DNA of 64,000 nucleotides from an uncultured bacterium (GTDB lineage Bacteria; Krumholzibacteriota; Krumholzibacteriia; JACNKJ01): NCBI GenBank assembly GCA_963695095.1, contig CAVOFT010000001.1, positions 896,001 to 960,000 of the forward strand, read 5' to 3'. Shown piece by piece: positions 56,114 to 64,000 of this stretch (position 1 is its first letter; each line of letters starts with the position of its first letter). The notes under the pieces were generated by a model. It saw only the letters and a program-made list of their open reading frames with translations, ran no database searches and was not told where the DNA came from. The position numbers and the translations under genes were made by a program.

Positions 56114-57106
56114 ATGTCCAAGGCGGAGAAACCGACGCGATCGCGCAACCGGGGCGGCCACGGGGGCGGCCATGGCGGCGGCGGCCATCACGGCGGCGCC
56201 TGGAAGGTGGCCTACGCCGACTTCACCACGGCGATGATGGCCTTCTTCATGCTGCTGTGGATTCTCGCCGCGAGCTCGCCCAAGCAGAAGCAGGCCATCG
56301 CCCAGTACTTCCGCAGCGACGGCGCCTTCCAGGACGGAGGCTCGCTGACGCCCGGCGACATGGACGGCGGTCCCTCCTTCCTCGAGATGTCCCCGGCCAG
56401 CACGATCCTGGCGGAGACCAGCGCGCTCGAGCAGGTGGCCCAGCAGCTCAAGGCAGCGCTGGAGGGCGACGGCGGCGAGGACGCGGGCGAGGGTGCCGGC
56501 GAGGGCGGCAGTCCAGGCCTGAAGGACCAGGTGAAGATCAGCGTCAGCGACGAGGGCTTGATCATCGAGATCGCCGACGATCCGCAGGACGAGCTCTTCC
56601 CCGTGGGCAAGGCCGACATGAACGCGGGCTTCGGCGAGGCCCTGGACGCCGTGGCCGCGCAGCTGAAGACCCTGCCCAACTCAGTGCGGCTGGAGGGTTA
56701 CACGGACGCCCGCCAGTATCCGGAAGGGGCCCCCTACACCAACTGGGAGCTGTCCGTGGATCGAGCCAACGCCGCGCGGCGGCGGCTGGAGACCCACGGC
56801 CTGGCTCGCGCGCGCTTCCAGAGCGTGGTGGGCTATGGCGACGGCCGCCTGGCGGTGCCCGACGCGCCGCTGGCGCCCGGCAACCGGCGCATCACGATCA
56901 CGGTGCTCCGTCAGAACCCGGTGCCGCACGAGGGGGGTGGCGTGATCGAATCGCCCGTGCAGGGCTTCCGCCCCCTGGGCGAGCCCTACGTGCCCGAGCA
57001 AGCCCGGCAGGCGGCCCAGCCCGGCAGGCCGGCCGCCGGCGATCCGGCGCCCAACGGGCAGGCGCCCGTCAAGCCGGCGCCCGCGCCCGCGGGCCACGGG
57101 CACTAG
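56114..57106 (+). CDS. motB: Stator protein MotB with OmpA-like domain
   Basis: GAWKVAYADFTTAMMAFF, EGYTDA, NWELSVDRANAARR, NRRITI. Confidence 0.95.
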   Translation: MSKAEKPTRSRNRGGHGGGHGGGGHHGGAWKVAYADFTTAMMAFFMLLWILAASSPKQKQAIAQYFRSDGAFQDGGSLTPGDMDGGPSFLEMSPASTILAETSALEQVAQQLKAALEGDGGEDAGEGAGEGGSPGLKDQVKISVSDEGLIIEIADDPQDELFPVGKADMNAGFGEALDAVAAQLKTLPNSVRLEGYTDARQYPEGAPYTNWELSVDRANAARRRLETHGLARARFQSVVGYGDGRLAVPDAPLAPGNRRITITVLRQNPVPHEGGGVIESPVQGFRPLGEPYVPEQARQAAQPGRPAAGDPAPNGQAPVKPAPAPAGHGH

Positions 57107-57128
57107 GCGCGCGCCCGGGCCGGCGGCC

Positions 57129-57277
57129 TGCGTTCGCGACGCTGGCCGAGGCGGAGTGTACACGTGTACAAAGCGAGCCGCCCTGCGAGGTCGCGATCTA
57201 CCGCTGCCAGGCCTGCGGCGCGGTCCGCCTCTCCGGCGGTCGCACCCCGAGCTTCGCCCCCTAGCGGATAAGGCTAG
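57129..57277 (+). pseudogene. Degenerate internal fragment of the HNH gene, centred on the palindrome
   Basis: Translates AFATLAEAECTRVQSEPPCEVAIYRCQACGAVRL versus AFAALAEAECTRVQSEVPYQVVIYRCEECGAARL in the 7809..8855 gene; ends GCGGATAAGGCTAG, similar to the element terminus CGGACCAAGGCTAG. Confidence 0.85.
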
Positions 57278-57882
57278 CTGAAGTCCAGCTCGATCCGCTC
57301 CAGCTTCATCAGCGCGTGCTCCGCGAGCCGCCGCCGGGCGGCGATGACGGCGTCGACGGCGCCCGTCAGCACGCCCTCCGCCTTCAGCTCGTACTCGTGC
57401 GCCGGCGAGTAGGCCTCGACGCCGGCCGCCTCCTTGTCCACCCGCTCCGTCTCGCTGTAGTCCGCTACCGCTGCCCCCGTGGGCAGGGCCGCCAGCAGGC
57501 CGCGCAGCTCCTGGGCGTGGCCGCGCGTGAAGGCATGGCAGGAGAAGGCGCAGCGGCCGCCGCGCAGGGGCTTGACGGCCACCACGCGCAGCTCGGCCTC
57601 GGCCTCCAGCCTGGGCGCGGCGGCCTGGACGCGCGCGGCCAGGGCCGCGCTCACGACGAGATGGATCAGCCGGCCCTTGCCGCCGATCAGCTCGCGCAGG
57701 TGGGCGCCGAGGGAGCCCTCGGCCAGCTCGTCCTCCAGGCCGATCAACTCGCGCTCGGCGCCGCCGGCGCCGATCTGCAGGCCGACGATGAGGCCGCGGC
57801 AGACCTCGTCATCGCCGGCGAGCACCAACTCGCAGTACGAGGTGGGCGATGCTGCGGGTGGGGCGGGCTCGCGCGGGGTCAT
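57274..57882 (-). CDS. Hypothetical protein
   Basis: 202-aa ORF with host codon bias and AGGAGG RBS; no recognised motif. Confidence 0.7.
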   Translation of the reverse strand: MTPREPAPPAASPTSYCELVLAGDDEVCRGLIVGLQIGAGGAERELIGLEDELAEGSLGAHLRELIGGKGRLIHLVVSAALAARVQAAAPRLEAEAELRVVAVKPLRGGRCAFSCHAFTRGHAQELRGLLAALPTGAAVADYSETERVDKEAAGVEAYSPAHEYELKAEGVLTGAVDAVIAARRRLAEHALMKLERIELDFS

Positions 57883-57893
57883 GGCGATGCCTC

Positions 57894-59280
57894 CTAGCGG
57901 AAGAAGATCAGCGAGACGAGGATGAAGACCGGGATCAGGAAGGGAATCGTGTAGCGCAGGATGTAGCCGAAGAAGCTGGGCATCGGCACGCCCGCCTCCT
58001 CGGCGATGGACTTGATCATGAAGTTGGGCGCGTTGCCGATGTAGCTGTTGGCGCCCATGAAGACCGCGCCGGCCGAGATCGCGGTGAGGTAGGCGATGAA
58101 GGTCTCGTCGCGGGCGGCCGCGCCGGCATAGCCCAGCAGGCCGGGCACGGCGCTCTCGCTCTGCCCGAGGCTGCCCAGGGCCGTGTTGAAGAAGGTGAGG
58201 TAGGTGGGCGCGTTGTCCAGGAAGCTGGACAGGCTGCCCGTGGCCCAGAAGTAGTGGGCGGGCTCGCGCACGGCGCGGATCAGCCCGGCCAGGGCGCCGT
58301 GCTCGCCGGCCTGGAGGATGGCGAGGGCCGGAATGATCGTCACGAAGATGCCCGCGAAGAGGTAGGCTACCTCCTTGATGGGCCCCCAGGTGAAGCCATT
58401 CTGGGCGCGGATCGCCCGCCGCGTGGTGATCAGCGAGAGCACGCCCATCAGGATCAGGAAGGCGTCGCGCACCCAGTTCTGCAGGTCCACGGCGACGTGG
58501 CCGTAGACATGCACCTGGCTCAGCTTCACGTAGCCCGAGAAGATGACGCCGCCCATCACGCCGAGCAGAAAGAGCAGATTATAGGGCGCCTTCCACGTGC
58601 AGGCCGCGCTCGCCGGGCTGGGCGACGGGGCGCTCCGTCTCGCGGGCGTAGTGCCAGCGGTCGAGCAGGAAGAACACCACGAGCAACACCAGCGCCGCGA
58701 AGCCGCTGAGGGCGAGCAGGCCCTTGGTCACCCAGAAGAAGGGCACGCCGTGCAGGAAGCCCAGGAAGAGCGGCGGATCCCCCAGAGGCGTGAGCGAGCC
58801 GCCGATGTTGCCGATCAGGAAGATGAAGAAGACGATCACATGCACCTGCTGCCGCCGCCAGGCGTTGGCGCGCAGCATGGGCCGGATCAGCACCATCGAA
58901 GCCCCGGTGGTGCCGATCCAGGACGCGAGCAGGGTGCCGATGAGCAGCATCAGCGCGTTGACGGCCGGCGTGCCGCGCAGGGCGCCGCCCACGTAGATGC
59001 CGCCGGCGATGGTGAAGAGCGCCCAGAGCAGGATGATGAAGGGCACGTAGTCGATGAGCGCGATGTGGATGAGCGACTGCAGGGCCTCGCTCCGGAAGGC
59101 GATCAGGAAGGGCACGGCGAGCAGCACCGCCCAGGCCGCGGAGATCTTCGGGTAGTGCCGGTGCCAGAAGTGGGGCGCGAGCAGGGGGAAGAGCGCGATC
59201 GAGAGCAGGATGCCCGCGAAGGGCAAGGTGCTCCAGAGCGGCAGCAGTTCGCCGAGGGCGGGCGGGTGGTGGGCGGGCAT
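57894..59280 (-). CDS. Ion-transporter-superfamily Na+/H+ antiporter or citrate-transporter-like protein (frameshift near 58580)
   Basis: LPFAGILLSIALFPL, IGTTGASM, GGSLTPLGDPPLFLGFL, SSFLDNAPTY, YIGNAPNFM, MPSFFGY. Confidence 0.85.
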
Positions 59281-59576
59281 CGCGGCTTCCTCCTCGTCGA
59301 TCCAGCGCCGGCGGGCGCTGCCGACGGCCGGCAAGGTAGAGCATCGCGGGAGGGCGGTCAACAGCGCCTCGCGCCTCGCGCGCCGAGGCCCGCGGCGGCC
59401 TCTGGCGCGGCTCCCCGGCGAGCGACTCCGCGGGCGGATCTCGTATCGACATCTCGGGTTGCTTCTGTTATAGAATCTCGGGCTCCGTCCCGGCCACCGG
59501 GTCGGGCGCGGGTGCCCTTGTGCCCGGCAATCGCTTCGCTCACAAGTTCTCGTCCGTCTTTCGCTGGAGGGTCGTG

Positions 59577-62078
<2,502 letters not shown>

Positions 62079-62143
62079 CGGCTTCGGGGCGAGGGCGGCG
62101 CGCGCGCGCCGCCCTCGGCGCCCGGCGGGAGGCGCGCACGCCG

Positions 62144-63016
62144 ATGACTTCCCTCGACAAGGGCTTGCTCGTCTCCAGGTTGGCGATCCTCGTCAACGCC
62201 TTGCTCGCCGCGGGCAAGGTCTTCACGGGCATCGTCGGCAACTCCTACGCGCTGGTCGCCGACGGCATCGAGTCCACGGCGGACATCTTCAGCTCCGCCG
62301 TCGTCTGGGGCGGCCTGCGCCTGGCGGCCAAGCCGCCCGACAGCGACCACCCCTACGGCCACGGCAAGGCCGAGTCGATCGCCGGCCTGATCGTCGGCGT
62401 GGGCCTGCTCGGCGCCGCCGTGCTGATCGCGGTGCAGAGCATCGGCGAGATCCGCGAGCCCCACCTGGCGCCGGCCTGGTACACGCTGGTCGTGCTGGCG
62501 GGCGTGATCCTGATCAAGGAGACGCTCTACAGGCGCGTGATCCGCGTGGGCGACTCGCTGCAGAGCACGGCGCTCAAGGGCGACGCCTGGCACCACCGCT
62601 CGGACGCGCTGACCTCGGGCGCCGCCTTCATTGGCATCTCGATCGCGCTCATCGGCGGGCCCCGCTTCAACGGCGCCGACGACTGGGCGGCCCTGATCGC
62701 CTGCGGCATCATCGTCTTCAACGGCGTGCGTATCTTCCGCGCGGCGCTGGACGAGCTGATGGACGCGGCCGTGGCGCCCGCCATCGTCGAGCAGATCCGC
62801 GCGCTGGCCGGCAGCGTGGAGGGCGTGCGGGCCATCGAGAAGTGCCGCGTGCGCAAGAGCGGGCCCAGCCTGGCCCTGGACATCCACGTCCACGTGCCCG
62901 CCGAGATGAGCGTGCGCGAGAGCCACCGCATCGCCCACCGCGTGCAGGACGCCCTGCTCGCCTCGCCGCACCGCATCAGCGACGCCACCGTGCACATCGA
63001 GCCGGACGTCGACTAA
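62144..63016 (+). CDS. Cation diffusion facilitator (FieF-like) transporter
   Basis: SYALVADG, KPPDSDHPYGHGKAE, DAWHHRSD, C-terminal dimerisation domain VHIEP. Confidence 0.93.
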   Translation: MTSLDKGLLVSRLAILVNALLAAGKVFTGIVGNSYALVADGIESTADIFSSAVVWGGLRLAAKPPDSDHPYGHGKAESIAGLIVGVGLLGAAVLIAVQSIGEIREPHLAPAWYTLVVLAGVILIKETLYRRVIRVGDSLQSTALKGDAWHHRSDALTSGAAFIGISIALIGGPRFNGADDWAALIACGIIVFNGVRIFRAALDELMDAAVAPAIVEQIRALAGSVEGVRAIEKCRVRKSGPSLALDIHVHVPAEMSVRESHRIAHRVQDALLASPHRISDATVHIEPDVD

Positions 63017-63020
63017 ACGA

Positions 63021-63050
63021 AGCGCCCGGATCCTCGCGGACCCGGGCGCT
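63021..63050. terminator. Hairpin between convergent genes
   Basis: agcgcccggatcc-tcgc-ggacccgggcgct, 13-bp stem with one mismatch; no clear U-tract. Confidence 0.5.
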
Positions 63051-63078
63051 AGTTCGGAAGCGAATCGTCGGCGAGACG

Positions 63079-64000
63079 CTAGCGGAGCATCGTCAGCTTG
63101 CGCTCCTCGGCCGGGCGGCCGCCCTGCAGCAGGCGGGCCAGGTAGATGCCGCTGGGCAGTGCATGCCCCGCCTCATCCCGGCCGTCCCAGTCCAGGCTCT
63201 GCTGCCCGGCAGGGAGCTCGCCCGCAGCGAGCCGCCGCAGGAGCCGGCCGCGCATGTCGTAGATGGCCAGATCCACGCGGGCGGGTGCCTCGAGCGCGAA
63301 GCGCAGCGTGGTCTTCGGGTTGAAGGGGTTCGGGAAGGCGGCCAGCGGCGCCGCCGCCGACGGCGTGGGCCCGCTCAGGCGGCCCTGGGCCGGGCCGAGA
63401 TAGCGGCCGATCTCGCCGTTGTCGTCCAGCATGGCCAGCCAGTACCAGTAGTCGCGGCCGGCCACGGCGCCGTAGTCGTCGTAGCGGTAGTCGCCGGGGC
63501 CTTCCAGCACCTGCCCCGTGAGCGGCACCGAGGCCAGCGGGTTGGCGCTCTCGCCCCGCTGCAGGCGGAAGGTCTCGGTCTCGCCCTGCAGCTCCAGCTC
63601 CCAGCGCAGGGCGATGTGGTCGCCCGCGTCCAGGGCGATGAAGCTGGCCAGGGTGAGCGGCGTCTCGCCGAAGCTCAGCTCGGGGCCGTTCTCCAGGTAG
63701 CCGCCGAGCGCATGGCCGCTGCTGCCGACGCTGCGGCCGAACCAGCCATTGGGATCCGTGTCCACCTGGCCGTTGCTCTGGGCGGTGATGTCGAACTCGA
63801 GCGTGAGCGTGATGCCGGCCGGCACGATCAGGTCCGGCGAGCCGTCGGGGTCGCCGAAGACGAAGCGGTGGGGGCGCAGGCCCGGCTCGATCTCGCCCGT
63901 CGTGCCCGCCTGGTAGCTGTGCTGCACGTCCTCGGTGCCCACGCGGGCGCTCACGTTGGAGACCGTCACCCAGCTCGGATACTGCTCCGAGACGAAGAGC
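63079..64000 (-). CDS. Secreted protein with FlgD-Ig/T9SS-like C-terminal domain (5' end outside window)
   Basis: TPLTLASF..., YRYDD...YWYWL, AFPNPFNPKTT...IYDMRGR...WDGRDEAG...SGIYLARL...KLTMLR. Confidence 0.85.
   Translation of the reverse strand, partial: LFVSEQYPSWVTVSNVSARVGTEDVQHSYQAGTTGEIEPGLRPHRFVFGDPDGSPDLIVPAGITLTLEFDITAQSNGQVDTDPNGWFGRSVGSSGHALGGYLENGPELSFGETPLTLASFIALDAGDHIALRWELELQGETETFRLQRGESANPLASVPLTGQVLEGPGDYRYDDYGAVAGRDYWYWLAMLDDNGEIGRYLGPAQGRLSGPTPSAAAPLAAFPNPFNPKTTLRFALEAPARVDLAIYDMRGRLLRRLAAGELPAGQQSLDWDGRDEAGHALPSGIYLARLLQGGRPAEERKLTMLR

Noticed and set aside
55226..57106. Zorya ZorAB anti-phage system
   Set aside because: MotA lacks the long ZorA tail, motifs are flagellar-type, and no zorC/D/E neighbours are present.
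59281..59576. Riboswitch upstream of hppA or the antiporter
   Set aside because: No recognisable consensus by eye; needs a covariance-model search.

Overview
High-GC bacterial window. FCB-superphylum-like hallmarks (two proteins with PNPFNP/FlgD-Ig T9SS-type C-terminal domains, a PorX/PglZ regulator next to tsaE, an ...IKALY-tailed secreted protein) suggest a Krumholzibacteria/Latescibacteria/Eisenbacteria-like host; this is inference. 1-22 kb is a proteobacterial-type type VI secretion locus: clpV, vgrG, a candidate HEXXH effector plus lipoprotein immunity pair, PAAR, DUF2169 and tssJKLM. It is interrupted by a 1.3-kb inverted-repeat-bounded HNH endonuclease element and by secreted-protein genes. 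Divergent from tssJ (22.3-30.4 kb) is a phospho-threonine signalling operon: FHA, FHA-FHA-lytic transglycosylase, VWA-FHA, PP2C, Ser/Thr kinase-PEGA and a TPR protein. The rest is mostly housekeeping: pyrE, nucleotide-sugar genes, a catalytically degenerate hemC, serS, HK-porX-tsaE-arnT-tsaB-rimI-pnp, a toxin-antitoxin pair, accD-folC, yhhQ-livFGMHK, motAB, an antiporter, a divergent membrane pyrophosphatase and a CDF transporter. Many genes, including serS and folC, carry small frameshifts, most likely sequencing or assembly indels. The most unusual signal is the HNH element: it has CTAG-capped terminal inverted repeats, its own consensus promoter and an internal AT-rich 14-bp palindrome (TGTACACGTGTACA), which recurs intergenically at 32.0 kb and within a degenerate gene fragment at 57.1 kb.
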